64,000 nt of DNA, taken from IMG/VR virus record IMGVR_UViG_3300020048_000080. One strand, given 5' to 3'. Within the stretch, counting starts at the first letter, position 1. Every line of letters starts with the position of its first letter. This document shows, piece after piece, positions 28,250 to 39,728 of the stretch. Position numbers and translations under genes: made by a program. The notes under the pieces were generated by a model. It was not told the DNA's origin. It did no database searches and worked only from the letters and a program-made list of their open reading frames with translations. This DNA comes from a virus (taxonomy: Duplodnaviria > Heunggongvirae > Uroviricota > Caudoviricetes).

Positions 28250-29005
28250 ATGAAGAAAATAATGGCTATTAGTGATTTACATGGTAGAACTTGTTGGAAA
28301 GATTTTGGTGATATAAAATTTTTACTAACAGCAGAACCAGATGCTGCTGGGTTTGGTCCTTATACACCAGATTTTGATTTATATGTATTTCTTGGTGATT
28401 ATACTGATTCTTTCACAGAAACAAATTCAACCATAAAAGAAAATTTATTAGAAATAATAAAATTCAAAACTTTATACCCAAAAAATGTTATACTACTTTG
28501 GGGTAATCATGATGTTGAATATTATATAAATTTACCTTGGCTTAAAATGAATGGTGGAATAAGTGGATTTCGTCCAGAAATGCACTATGATTTATACGAT
28601 ATTTTTAATACAAATAAAGATAAATTTCAAGTAGCCTTTAAGGTTAATAATTATTTATTCACACATGCTGGCGTTCACTTTGGTTGGTATCATTATGTTT
28701 TTACAAAAGCTATAAAGGGAATGGGTATGAATGAAATGGATATAGCTGATCAATTAAATGAAGCTTTTAAACATAATGTTAAATGTTTATTTGATGTAGA
28801 TTGGTATCGTGGTGGTAGTAAAAAAGTTGGTGGACCTTTATGGTGTGGTAAACAATTAATGGTAAAAAAACCATTAAAATATTGTCACCAAATAGTAGGT
28901 CATACTCCAGTGGATGATTTTCAAAAAATAGTAATTGGAAACTCCAGTATAACTTTTTGTGATGTGTTGCACAAGAAAAATGAATTTTATGAAATAAATA
29001 TTTAG
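28250..29005 (+). CDS. calcineurin-like metallophosphoesterase (Ser/Thr phosphatase or ApaH-like)
   Basis: Motifs 'ISDLHG', 'GDYTD' and 'GNHD' in the canonical order. Confidence 0.7.
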   Translation: MKKIMAISDLHGRTCWKDFGDIKFLLTAEPDAAGFGPYTPDFDLYVFLGDYTDSFTETNSTIKENLLEIIKFKTLYPKNVILLWGNHDVEYYINLPWLKMNGGISGFRPEMHYDLYDIFNTNKDKFQVAFKVNNYLFTHAGVHFGWYHYVFTKAIKGMGMNEMDIADQLNEAFKHNVKCLFDVDWYRGGSKKVGGPLWCGKQLMVKKPLKYCHQIVGHTPVDDFQKIVIGNSSITFCDVLHKKNEFYEINI

Positions 29006-29007
29006 TT

Positions 29008-29463
29008 ATGAACAAAGATGAACTTAAGGATCTTTTTGAAGAGCCGTTAGCAGAATTAGATGAATTCACAAAAGAAATTCAGAAAATAAAAAAATTAATA
29101 AATCTTATAATTGAAAATTTTGATTTATTAAAAGATGATATAACTGAAGAACAAATAGGTGAAGTATCATCTGATATTAATATAAAAATGAGTAAAATAA
29201 TGTCACTTATGAAAGATGTTATATCTGATTCTAAATTATTAGAATCATTTATTCATGAAATTAAATTATTAAAAAGGAAAAGAAATAAAAAGTTAGGTAA
29301 GAAAGATGATATTGATAAGGATGATTTATTGGAACTTATTAAAAAATTAAAACAAAATTTTCCACCGCCATACACACAACAACCCTACACACAACCCTAT
29401 ACACAGCCATACACACCAAAAAAACATCCATATTTACCACCAGATTGGAATATTCAATTTTAA
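29008..29463 (+). CDS. hypothetical protein with C-terminal PYTQ repeats
   Basis: 'PPPYTQQPYTQPYTQPYTPKK'. Confidence 0.3.
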   Translation: MNKDELKDLFEEPLAELDEFTKEIQKIKKLINLIIENFDLLKDDITEEQIGEVSSDINIKMSKIMSLMKDVISDSKLLESFIHEIKLLKRKRNKKLGKKDDIDKDDLLELIKKLKQNFPPPYTQQPYTQPYTQPYTPKKHPYLPPDWNIQF

Positions 29464-29523
29464 TTAAACTTTTTAAAAAATATACAACTATATAAAAATA
29501 GATAAATTCAAATCTTTTTCGTT

Positions 29524-29760
29524 ATGAAAGATATAAAACTAATAGAAGCAATAGTTGTAGCATATTATCGTGAAAATAAAGACGATATAAAAATAGAAAG
29601 TTTAAAAGAACTTTTAATAGATTCTCTAAATATTGAGATTGATAGTGTTATTTTAGAGAATAATACTATCAACGTCTATTACGATCCAGAAAAAATAAGA
29701 AAAAAATTAACATTTCAATTTCATAATGATAAAATAAAAACAATCTTAAAAAGAAAATAA
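29524..29760 (+). CDS. hypothetical protein
   Basis: ORF only. Confidence 0.3.
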   Translation: MKDIKLIEAIVVAYYRENKDDIKIESLKELLIDSLNIEIDSVILENNTINVYYDPEKIRKKLTFQFHNDKIKTILKRK

Positions 29761-29761
29761 C

Positions 29762-30392
29762 ATGGGCAAAAGAGGTAGGAGAAAAACCAATAAAGAATAT
29801 GCTGTTAGATTAAATCATCCAGAATTAGGTACATTTTATTATCAATATAGCAATAATGAGTATTGGAATAATAATGCGAAATTTTATTTTACTCAAAATC
29901 TTTCCAAAGTTGACACTTGGAAAACTATGAAGTATGTTGAAAAACAAATAATTACCATAAAAGATAATTTAGATAAGAAAAAAGCAAAAATTCTTTTATA
30001 TTTAGGTGATCAAATTAGTAATGAATTAAAAACAAATCCTCGTATTATTCAATCTAGGAAGAGATATTATTATGAAATTACTGTTGTTACTTCTAAAACA
30101 CATTTAGATAAAGCAAAGGATAATCTTGAAAGGTTGAGTGAAACATTAATTGCTGATTCTAAAATTGTTACTAAAATGATTAAAAAATCACAAATACTTG
30201 AAAAAGATTTTATGTCATTTTTTACTAAATTATATAGTGATGTAAACCTTTATAGAAAAGAACATAGTTTTTTAGAAAAAAATAAAAATATAGATACAAT
30301 TAATTTAGATATTGTAGATGCTTCTTATAGCTTCAGGTTATTAAAACTTAAAACTTTAAAAACCGTAGAAAGTGATGAAATAAATGAAATAG

Positions 30393-30409
<17 letters not shown>
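29762..30409 (+). CDS. hypothetical protein
   Basis: ORF only. Confidence 0.3.
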
Positions 30410-32228
<1,819 letters not shown>

Positions 32229-32232
<4 letters not shown>

Positions 32233-32834
32233 ATAATCTCTTTGACTTTATCTAATTTAGTAGTTGGAAATATCCATCCAGCTTTCTTTTCACCAGTTTT
32301 TGGATCCGTCAAATAACGATTATATCTACAGCCTAGTGCAATCAATTGATCTTTAATATTTTTTGTACCTAATCCAAAAAGTGCATATGATTTATTTGAG
32401 TATTGTACTAATTCTATATCTTTTTCAATTTTTGGTTCTTTAAAAGTCGCAATAGGTTTGATGTGTTTTAATTCTCTCTTTGGCTTTTCTGGTTTTAATA
32501 ATTTTATTAAATCACTCAATGACATTTTATTACCTTCTTTATCTTCCCAAAATCTAGAAAATTTTTGTTGCCGTGAATGTTTAGTTAATAATGTTCTAAC
32601 TAATGCTAAATCAGCTTTTTGTAATGTTCCAATATTAACAAATTCAAGTTGTTTTGGAAATGTTCCGGCACCAATTCCACTTTTTGTATGAACACTATTG
32701 ATTTTTAAATATAATGAATCTTTATCTAATAATATCTCAGCTGTGATAGTAATAGCATCATATTCCCAACTCCAATAAGATTGATTTGTTGCAATAACCT
32801 CATAGTTACCAAAATCTTCAAATATTTTTATCAT
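32229..32834 (-). CDS. hypothetical protein (leader MIKIFEDF)
   Basis: ORF; the N-terminus resembles the family leader. Confidence 0.35.
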
Positions 32835-32971
32835 ATATTATATATAAATTTTTTTAAACTTTTTTTAAAAATTATTATAGATATAAGTGGGACATAAATA
32901 AGATATATAAATGGTCCCAATATATAGATAAAGCCATAAAAGCAAAATTAATTTAGAGTTAAATTAGAAAC

Positions 32972-33016
32972 AAAAAACCTTCCCCTAAATTGGATAGAAA
33001 ACGGGAAGGTTTTTTT
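32972..33016. terminator. bidirectional hairpin terminator (ccttccc...gggaagg flanked by A- and T-runs)
   Basis: 7-bp GC-rich stem with a 20-nt loop, A6 on the 5' side and T7 on the 3' side. Confidence 0.4.
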
Positions 33017-33029
33017 AATTTAAATTATT

Positions 33030-33254
33030 ATGATAACAATAAATGTAAATAACAAACCCTTCTTGACACTAGATGTTCCAAAAGAACTATTGGAAAAGAA
33101 GCGCAGAAAAATAAAAAATATTATTATACCATATCTTTATCAGATTGAAACTGCTGAGATTAAATTGGAGATAAAAAATAAAATTCTCAAGTTATTTATT
33201 AAAGATTTAAGAAAACAAAAACTTGAAAAAATAGATGCCTCCCGTATTTATTGA
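33030..33254 (+). CDS. hypothetical small protein (C-terminus LRKQKLEKID)
   Basis: ORF; the conserved junction motif is described in findings. Confidence 0.3.
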   Translation: MITINVNNKPFLTLDVPKELLEKKRRKIKNIIIPYLYQIETAEIKLEIKNKILKLFIKDLRKQKLEKIDASRIY

Positions 33255-33510
33255 AGATAAATTTTATTGTACTGAATGTAAATGGAATCGTTTATATTCT
33301 ACCAGGTTAGTTATAAATGGTTGTATAAGTCCACATGTGATTGAGTATAAAGGAATACCAGCAAAATATGGTGTCAGTTCATGTATTAGTAATGTAATAC
33401 CATCAAGTTTAGAAACTCCAATTTGGTGTCAATATTTACAAATTGAATTGAGAAAGCAAAAACTTAAAAAAATAGATGAATTTAAAAGACAAACTAGAAC
33501 AAGCATATGA
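33235..33510 (+). CDS. hypothetical Cys-rich small protein (C-terminus LRKQKLKKID)
   Basis: ORF in the +1 frame relative to the upstream ORF, with the same junction motif. Confidence 0.3.
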   Translation: MPPVFIEDKFYCTECKWNRLYSTRLVINGCISPHVIEYKGIPAKYGVSSCISNVIPSSLETPIWCQYLQIELRKQKLKKIDEFKRQTRTSI

Positions 33511-34186
33511 ATTGAATAACACAATAGATTTTATTAAAAAAGATCCAATTCAAATTCCACATAAATTTTCTAAAAAAGAAGATATTGAAATATCCGGATT
33601 TTTAACATCCATATTAGCTTTTGGTAAAAGAGAGATAATTATAAATAAAGCGAATGATTTTCTTCAAAGAATGGATAATCAACCATATAAATATCTTATG
33701 AATGGTAATTATTCAAATATGAATGGATTTGTACACAGAACAATTAATAGTGTGGATTTTATTTTTTATTTAGAATCCTTAAAAGAAATTTATGAAAATG
33801 GTGGATTAGAAAAACTTTTTTCAAATGATATTGAGAAGAGTTTAATTCAATTCTGGAAGGTTTTCTTCTCATTAGAACACGAAAAAAGGTCCGAACGACA
33901 TATCTCAAACATTGAAAAAGGATCGGCTGGAAAGAGATTAAACTTCTTTTTAAGATGGATGGTGAGAAAAGATAATATTGATTTTGGAATTTGGAAAAAT
34001 ATTGATACAAAAAATCTTTTTATTCCATTAGATGTTCATGTTGGTAATATTGCAAGAGAATTAAATATAATTACAAGAAAACAAAATGATTGGAAATCTG
34101 TGGTGGAGATAACCAATCGTTTAAAAAAATTGGATCCCAAAGATCCAATTAAATATGATATTGCATTGTTTAGCTTAGATTTTTAA
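33476..34186 (+). CDS. hypothetical protein
   Basis: ORF in the +1 frame relative to 33235..33510. Confidence 0.35.
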   Translation: MNLKDKLEQAYELNNTIDFIKKDPIQIPHKFSKKEDIEISGFLTSILAFGKREIIINKANDFLQRMDNQPYKYLMNGNYSNMNGFVHRTINSVDFIFYLESLKEIYENGGLEKLFSNDIEKSLIQFWKVFFSLEHEKRSERHISNIEKGSAGKRLNFFLRWMVRKDNIDFGIWKNIDTKNLFIPLDVHVGNIARELNIITRKQNDWKSVVEITNRLKKLDPKDPIKYDIALFSLDF

Positions 34187-34890
34187 AAATATTCAAAAGA
34201 TTTCAAATGTTCAAATTGATACTTATCCTTAATGTTTTTAATTTTAGTTTTTACTGCATCAATTTCTTTTTCTGTTGATTCTCTATCAGTATGAGTTTTT
34301 CCTGGATTTTGCTTTTCCCATTCTTTTATTCTATCCATTGTTCTTTGATAACCTGCTAGTGTGTCTTTTAATAGAATATATAATCTTCTCTTATTTTGAG
34401 TTGTTGGGTCTTCATTTGATTTAGGCTCTGGTTGTTTAGGTTTAGGGTTATATCCATAATTATATTTAGCATTATAATCATCATAATCATCATTATAGGA
34501 TTTTTTCCTATAACCATGCTTTCTACCAATCTCTTCAAGAACATCTTTCATTTCCATTATATCATCATGAATAGATTTACTAACTCTTCTTCCTCCTATT
34601 TTTTCAACCATTTGTTTCCAAAGATCAATAGAAAGATCTAAATAATAATCAAATTTTCTTTTATCTATGATTTCTATATTTTCAGATAATACTTCTAATA
34701 ATCCAACAACACTATATAAACTTGATACTGCGTCACTTACATCAATACGACCTGATGTTGTTAGTTCAGTTAATATTTCACCAACTTTTGTCATTTTTTT
34801 GAGCATGTTGACTCTTTTTTTCTCTTTCACCTTCTCAGGATTGGGAGAAAAAAAATTACCAAATAATTCAAATGTTTTTATATTTTTCAT
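34183..34890 (-). CDS. hypothetical protein (leader MKNIKTFE; C-terminal domain paralogous to that of 36095..36976)
   Basis: C-terminus 'RRLYILLKDTLAGYQRTMDRIKEWEKQNPGKTHTDRESTEKEIDAVKTKIKNIKDKYQFE'. Confidence 0.4.
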   Translation of the reverse strand: MKNIKTFELFGNFFSPNPEKVKEKKRVNMLKKMTKVGEILTELTTSGRIDVSDAVSSLYSVVGLLEVLSENIEIIDKRKFDYYLDLSIDLWKQMVEKIGGRRVSKSIHDDIMEMKDVLEEIGRKHGYRKKSYNDDYDDYNAKYNYGYNPKPKQPEPKSNEDPTTQNKRRLYILLKDTLAGYQRTMDRIKEWEKQNPGKTHTDRESTEKEIDAVKTKIKNIKDKYQFEHLKSFEYF

Positions 34891-34902
34891 TTTTCTATTT
34901 TT

Positions 34903-35280
34903 TTAATCTTCTTCTAAGAATTCAAGTTCATCATCATCATCAATATTAACCAATTTGATATCTTGTTCATAACCAACAAATTCTTTTAATTCCTGAAGTT
35001 TTTCATAAAAATCAGATTCGTCTAAATCATCTAACATATCAGCAATTTCTCCTTTTGACATTTCATAATCTAGTTCTTCATCTTGATATCCTTCTAATCC
35101 ATTTTCATCTCCATTCGTATCTAAAATTTCTAAAATTTGATCAATTGCATCGTGTTTATATTCCCAAAAAGATTCATGACTACCATCAATTTTGACTTCC
35201 CATTTATTTTCATTTTCATCATCATCATCTAAAATATTCTCTTTGATGAAATTAAATTCATTAAATTTCTTAAGTTTCAT
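34903..35280 (-). CDS. highly acidic small protein
   Basis: D/E-rich sequence, for example 'DDDDENENKWE', 'DTNGDENGLEGYQDEELDYE' and 'IDDDDELEFLEED'. Confidence 0.35.
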   Translation of the reverse strand: MKLKKFNEFNFIKENILDDDDENENKWEVKIDGSHESFWEYKHDAIDQILEILDTNGDENGLEGYQDEELDYEMSKGEIADMLDDLDESDFYEKLQELKEFVGYEQDIKLVNIDDDDELEFLEED

Positions 35281-35328
35281 AAAAATTAATTAGTTTTCTT
35301 TTATATATAAAAATAAAAACATATATTT

Positions 35329-36060
35329 GTGAAATATTTAGAAAAATTTAAAATGATTGAAAATAAGGAACATATAACTTTTAATAAAGAAGATGCTGAT
35401 TTAATTCAGAATTCTTTATATATTGATATGAAAGAAGATGGTGTTGAAAAAGATGATGTAAACTGGATTTATAATGAACTAGAATTAATCAAAAAAGATG
35501 CTGACAATTCTTGTCTTTTCCATATAATAAGAAACTATTACAAATTAACAGAAAGAAATACTATAATTAGATTAGCAATAAAGTTTTTTGATTTAAAATA
35601 TAAAGATGTTATTGAAAAATTCAAAAAAGATAGGAAAAAAGAATTTGCATCATCAAATAATTTTGATACTGAAATTGAATCTGAATTTGTTAACCTTCCA
35701 TATGGTGATAGCACATTAAGTGTACCAAGAAGAATAGGTCATAATTATATTCCAATTAAAATTCTACCATTAGAACAATTAAACACTAAATTTTCAAAAC
35801 ATAGAAGATTAAAAGTTTTTCATCATAAAGGTTTAGAATGTATATCTTGTCCTAAAATAGGTGAATATTTAATTGCAGCAAGAGATAGAGGTGGCGCAAT
35901 TCATATTGATTTATATACAAAAGATTTTGAATTAATGACTATTGATCATATTAAACCAAAAGGAAAAGGTGGAAGTAATGATATAGAGAATCTTGATCCA
36001 ATGTGTCAAACCTGTAATTCAAAGAAAGCAGATACCTACGAAGAAGAAAATATATTATAA
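35329..36060 (+). CDS. HNH endonuclease (leader MKYLEKFK)
   Basis: C-terminal HNH motif 'DHIKPKGKGGSNDIENLDPMCQTCNSKK'. Confidence 0.55.
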   Translation: MKYLEKFKMIENKEHITFNKEDADLIQNSLYIDMKEDGVEKDDVNWIYNELELIKKDADNSCLFHIIRNYYKLTERNTIIRLAIKFFDLKYKDVIEKFKKDRKKEFASSNNFDTEIESEFVNLPYGDSTLSVPRRIGHNYIPIKILPLEQLNTKFSKHRRLKVFHHKGLECISCPKIGEYLIAARDRGGAIHIDLYTKDFELMTIDHIKPKGKGGSNDIENLDPMCQTCNSKKADTYEEENIL

Positions 36061-36094
36061 TTTTTTAATATATACTAAAAAATATTTCAATTTA

Positions 36095-36976
36095 ATGATT
36101 AATGAAGGTGTTTTAAGAAGTCCAAAATGGTTAAGAAATTTTGCTGATTTTGAAATAAATACAGGTGAAGATATTAAAGGTGAGCCGTCAGAAAAAAGAA
36201 AGCGTCAATTAGAGAAAGAGCGTAAAATAAAAGAAGAAGAGAGAAGGATAAAAGAAAAAGAAGAAAGAGAAAGAGAAAGAGAAGAAGAGAGAAAAAGGAA
36301 AGAACAAGAGGAAACTAATATTTTGGTTGATGAATTAATCAAAAATGCAATTTATTTTATAAATAATTATTATAAAAAATGTAACGTAAAAGTAGATGCA
36401 TATAATAATGAAGTTACAATAAGTCACAGTAATCTTAAATTTGATGGTAAAGATTTAAAATTTGAAATCACATTAGAAAATTCAGTTGTAATTCCTAAAT
36501 TTAGATGCTCATTTACTTATAATGGATACATATATACATCCAAATTAAGCGGATTTAATTATACTGATTTCAAAATATTTATACTTCAAGTAATATATCC
36601 ATTTTATTCTAGTGGTGGATATAAATCAAATTCTAATAGTTATGAGGAGTCTAGTAGAAAAGCACGTGAAGAAGAAACTAAAAGAAAAGCAAATGATACT
36701 TATGAAGAATATAAAAAAAGATATTCTTCATCTAATGAAACCGAAGAAGTAAAAAAGAGAAGAAGATTATATAATCTTCTTAAAGAAACTCTTGATGGGT
36801 ATTTAAGAACAATGGATAGAATAAAAGAATGGGAGAAAAAAAATCCAGGAAAAAAACACACCGATAGAGACTCAACAGAAAAAGAAATTGAAGCAGTAGA
36901 AACTAAAATTAAGAATATTAAAGATAAATATAAATTTGAATCTTTAAATCATTTAACTTCTTTTATATTTTATTAA
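36095..36976 (+). CDS. hypothetical protein with an E/R/K-rich low-complexity region; C-terminal domain paralogous to that of 34183..34890
   Basis: The track ORF starts at 35993 inside the HNH gene; the likely start is Met 36095 'MINEGV'. C-terminus 'RRRLYNLLKETLDGYLRTMDRIKEWEKKNPGKKHTDRDSTEKEIEAVETKIKNIKDKYKFE'. Confidence 0.35.
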   Translation: MINEGVLRSPKWLRNFADFEINTGEDIKGEPSEKRKRQLEKERKIKEEERRIKEKEEREREREEERKRKEQEETNILVDELIKNAIYFINNYYKKCNVKVDAYNNEVTISHSNLKFDGKDLKFEITLENSVVIPKFRCSFTYNGYIYTSKLSGFNYTDFKIFILQVIYPFYSSGGYKSNSNSYEESSRKAREEETKRKANDTYEEYKKRYSSSNETEEVKKRRRLYNLLKETLDGYLRTMDRIKEWEKKNPGKKHTDRDSTEKEIEAVETKIKNIKDKYKFESLNHLTSFIFY

Positions 36977-37209
36977 AAGGGTAGGATATTAGTAGCAGTT
37001 GAAACAGTATAATCAATTTTATTTTTATTTAAAATCTTTTCTAAATCTTTTTGATCTTCTGGAACAATTTCCATAACAAATCCTGCTTTTCTATTATGTA
37101 AATAAAAAGTTATTGTATTTTGACCATTTTCTGCGGGATCAAAATTATATTTTCTTTCTTGCTCATTCCACTTTGATGTTATTTCATTCATTTTATCTAA
37201 ATGTTTCAT
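36973..37209 (-). CDS. hypothetical small protein
   Basis: ORF only. Confidence 0.3.
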   Translation of the reverse strand: MKHLDKMNEITSKWNEQERKYNFDPAENGQNTITFYLHNRKAGFVMEIVPEDQKDLEKILNKNKIDYTVSTATNILPF

Positions 37210-37213
37210 ATTG

Positions 37214-37741
37214 TTATAATAATTTTTTTAACCGTTCTATATATTTTTCTAACTTTTTTTTAAATTTTGTACTAGAAATTTCTCCAACTTCCATTGATAA
37301 TTCCTCCAATTCACTACCGATATCTTGTAATTCATCACTTGCTATCAATCCCCTAACATCAACATAATCAACATCTTTTACAATTTCATCTTTTGCAATT
37401 TCTTCTATTTTTTGTTTTTCTTCTCCTGGTTTACATTTAAAATAGTAATAATAATCATCTGATCCCCTTCTGTATTTAGACATTTTGATACCATATTTAT
37501 CTTCAAAGTAATTTACAAAATCTGAACCACCTTTTTCTGAAAATAAATTTTGATAATCAACTCTATATTTACCTGTTTCTTCATCAACATCTTGATATTT
37601 TTTATTATATCTTTTTTCATCATCTTTAAACCTAATGGCAATTAAACCACTCCTATATTTAGGTCTGTAATTTTTTTCCATACGAAGATTATGATTATAT
37701 AAAGGATTTTCTACAGTTTCATATTTTCTTACATGCTTCAT
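37214..37741 (-). CDS. hypothetical protein
   Basis: ORF only. Confidence 0.3.
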   Translation of the reverse strand: MKHVRKYETVENPLYNHNLRMEKNYRPKYRSGLIAIRFKDDEKRYNKKYQDVDEETGKYRVDYQNLFSEKGGSDFVNYFEDKYGIKMSKYRRGSDDYYYYFKCKPGEEKQKIEEIAKDEIVKDVDYVDVRGLIASDELQDIGSELEELSMEVGEISSTKFKKKLEKYIERLKKLL

Positions 37742-37761
37742 GCTTCTATATATTAAATTTT

Positions 37762-38061
37762 TTATAGATTATATTTTTCTGCATCTTTTTTCATAAAATA
37801 ATTTTCTAAATCTTTGTCTGATACTTTTTTATATCTATATCTAGCATTATCTGTTGAACCTGGTGGATCAGTACTTTCTAATTCGTTTACTATATATCCA
37901 CTATAATGTATATCTGGTGGTCCAATTTTACGTAATACTTGAAATATATCGGGATATTCTTCACGTACAGGTGATATACATTTCAAATAAATATAATCAC
38001 CAACTTCTGGTGTGTAGTTGAAATCATCATCCTTATCTTCATATTTTTTAATATATTTCAT
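37762..38061 (-). CDS. KYNL-family small protein (MKYIKKYEDKD..., VGDYIYL, AEKYNL)
   Basis: Family motifs. Confidence 0.45.
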   Translation of the reverse strand: MKYIKKYEDKDDDFNYTPEVGDYIYLKCISPVREEYPDIFQVLRKIGPPDIHYSGYIVNELESTDPPGSTDNARYRYKKVSDKDLENYFMKKDAEKYNL

Positions 38062-38079
38062 AAAATATATATTAATTTT

Positions 38080-38385
38080 CTAATCATATTTATTTACTAA
38101 AGGTTTAATTAGAAGATAAAATGTATAACAAACTATACTTGAAATAAAACCATCAAAAATAAAAAAAATAGAAATCGGAGCCACCGAAAAAACAGGACTA
38201 AACCAAAATATTGATGTTAATAATCCTGAAAAAAATCCAAAACACATTGGACATTTAATCCAATAACCTAAAAAATTTGGATTTATTTTCAATAAAAAGG
38301 TTCTTAAAGGTTTAATTATTTTACTTTGAGTTACAATTGTTGTAAATCCAAGATTTACTAATAAAAATATTATAAAATTTAACAT
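38080..38385 (-). CDS. small integral membrane protein
   Basis: Three hydrophobic segments. Confidence 0.35.
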   Translation of the reverse strand: MLNFIIFLLVNLGFTTIVTQSKIIKPLRTFLLKINPNFLGYWIKCPMCFGFFSGLLTSIFWFSPVFSVAPISIFFIFDGFISSIVCYTFYLLIKPLVNKYD

Positions 38386-38394
38386 AAAAAATAT

Positions 38395-38429
38395 GGGGTA
38401 GCAATGCTACCCCTTTGAAATTTTTTTTT
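38395..38429 (+). terminator. hairpin (ggggtagc-aat-gctacccc) with a T-rich tail, followed by a second hairpin gccctat-aa-atagggc at 38430..38445
   Basis: GC-rich 8-bp stem then 'tttgaaattttttttt'. Confidence 0.45.
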
Positions 38430-38564
38430 GCCCTATAAATAGGGCAAAGTCAACAGCCATCTTTACAATGTGCAGTTGCTCTTAGAAAATATCTAATTCT
38501 TCCTACCATAATTTTTTATTTTTATATATTTTTATTTGTAAATCCTTTTTTGTAATTTTGCTAT

Positions 38565-39065
38565 ATGGAAAATTTTAAAGAAGTATTTAACAACTGGATT
38601 AACTCAAAAACACAATCTCAAGTTGAGGTTATATCAGAAATATGTGAAGAGGTTGGCATTGATCCTAAATCTTGGCTTACTCATTATATTAATCGTCATG
38701 GTGGAGATTGCTCTGGTACACAAATTTTAACTGATATGGGTGAAATGTTCGCATATTATATTGAAACAAAATTTCAAGATCTTTTTTTAAAATTTCTTGA
38801 ACCACGTGGATATAATATTTATAAAGAACCTTATTTAGGACTTGAATTTGATTTAGAAATAAAAAATAAAAAATTATATGCTAAAAAATATCACAAGAAA
38901 AATTTTAAAAAAATGTGTGATAAATTAACATTAGACCAAAAAATAGAATTATCAGAAAATAAATTAATTTCTTACGTTGTATCTCAAACAAATTTAAAAA
39001 TGTTTTCTAAAAAAGAGATAAGATTTTTAAAATTAAAAAAAATAAATGAATATGAACAAATTTGA
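38565..39065 (+). CDS. hypothetical protein
   Basis: ORF only. Confidence 0.3.
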   Translation: MENFKEVFNNWINSKTQSQVEVISEICEEVGIDPKSWLTHYINRHGGDCSGTQILTDMGEMFAYYIETKFQDLFLKFLEPRGYNIYKEPYLGLEFDLEIKNKKLYAKKYHKKNFKKMCDKLTLDQKIELSENKLISYVVSQTNLKMFSKKEIRFLKLKKINEYEQI

Positions 39066-39222
39066 AGCAATAGAATTTATCGTAAATAGTGATTTTGAAT
39101 ACGTTAGTCATGATGATGAATGGGTAGAAGCAGGACTATATTGTTTAATTGAGGGTATAGTAAAAAATAAGAAAGATGCTTACACAAGAGAAGAACTTAT
39201 CAAAATGATGGAAGAAATATAA
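39052..39222 (+). CDS. small hypothetical ORF (56 aa), not in the supplied track
   Basis: Open frame overlapping the stop of the previous gene. Confidence 0.2.
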   Translation: MNKFEAIEFIVNSDFEYVSHDDEWVEAGLYCLIEGIVKNKKDAYTREELIKMMEEI

Positions 39223-39237
39223 AAATAATCAAATACA

Positions 39238-39462
39238 TTGTCATTAAATCCATTAAAGTCTATTAAATCTAGATATACAGCAACATCTTCATCGTTTTTA
39301 GGAATAAAAAATTCAGGAATAACAAACAGTTATATATATGCACCATACATAATAATGGAGACAACTCCAATAATTATTGATAATATGTATAGAATAAGAA
39401 ATCTAAGAAAAGAAAGAAAGAATAAATTAGAAAAAATATGGAAAGATCAGAAGATTTTGTGA
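39238..39462 (+). CDS. hypothetical small protein
   Basis: ORF only. Confidence 0.25.
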   Translation: MSLNPLKSIKSRYTATSSSFLGIKNSGITNSYIYAPYIIMETTPIIIDNMYRIRNLRKERKNKLEKIWKDQKIL

Positions 39463-39728
39463 TATGTAAGAAAACTTATATTGATGGTTCTGGAAAAATT
39501 CGGTATTCTAAAAATATAAGATATACGTTTAATATTGATAATTGTAGTGATGGTGATTTCTATCACGTAGAACATCCATTAACATATAGTAGTGATTCTG
39601 AAGATAAAAAAGGTGTTATTGTTTCAATAGGATTTCTTAAACAGGAATTTAATAAATATTTTATGGATTATAAAATATTTGAAAGAAAAATAAAAATAGA
39701 AAAAATAAATGATACTGAATATAATTAA
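39438..39728 (+). CDS. hypothetical small protein
   Basis: ORF only. Confidence 0.3.
   Translation: MERSEDFVICKKTYIDGSGKIRYSKNIRYTFNIDNCSDGDFYHVEHPLTYSSDSEDKKGVIVSIGFLKQEFNKYFMDYKIFERKIKIEKINDTEYN

Larger units (their letters stand above)
34183..36976. repeat. roughly 200-bp inverted repeat pair at the outer ends (34183..34400 and 36760..36976), about 80% identical with a near-perfect roughly 55-bp core
   Basis: The core 'agaacaatggatagaataaaagaatggga' at 36806.. on the plus strand is matched by its reverse complement at about 34315..34343. Confidence 0.55.
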
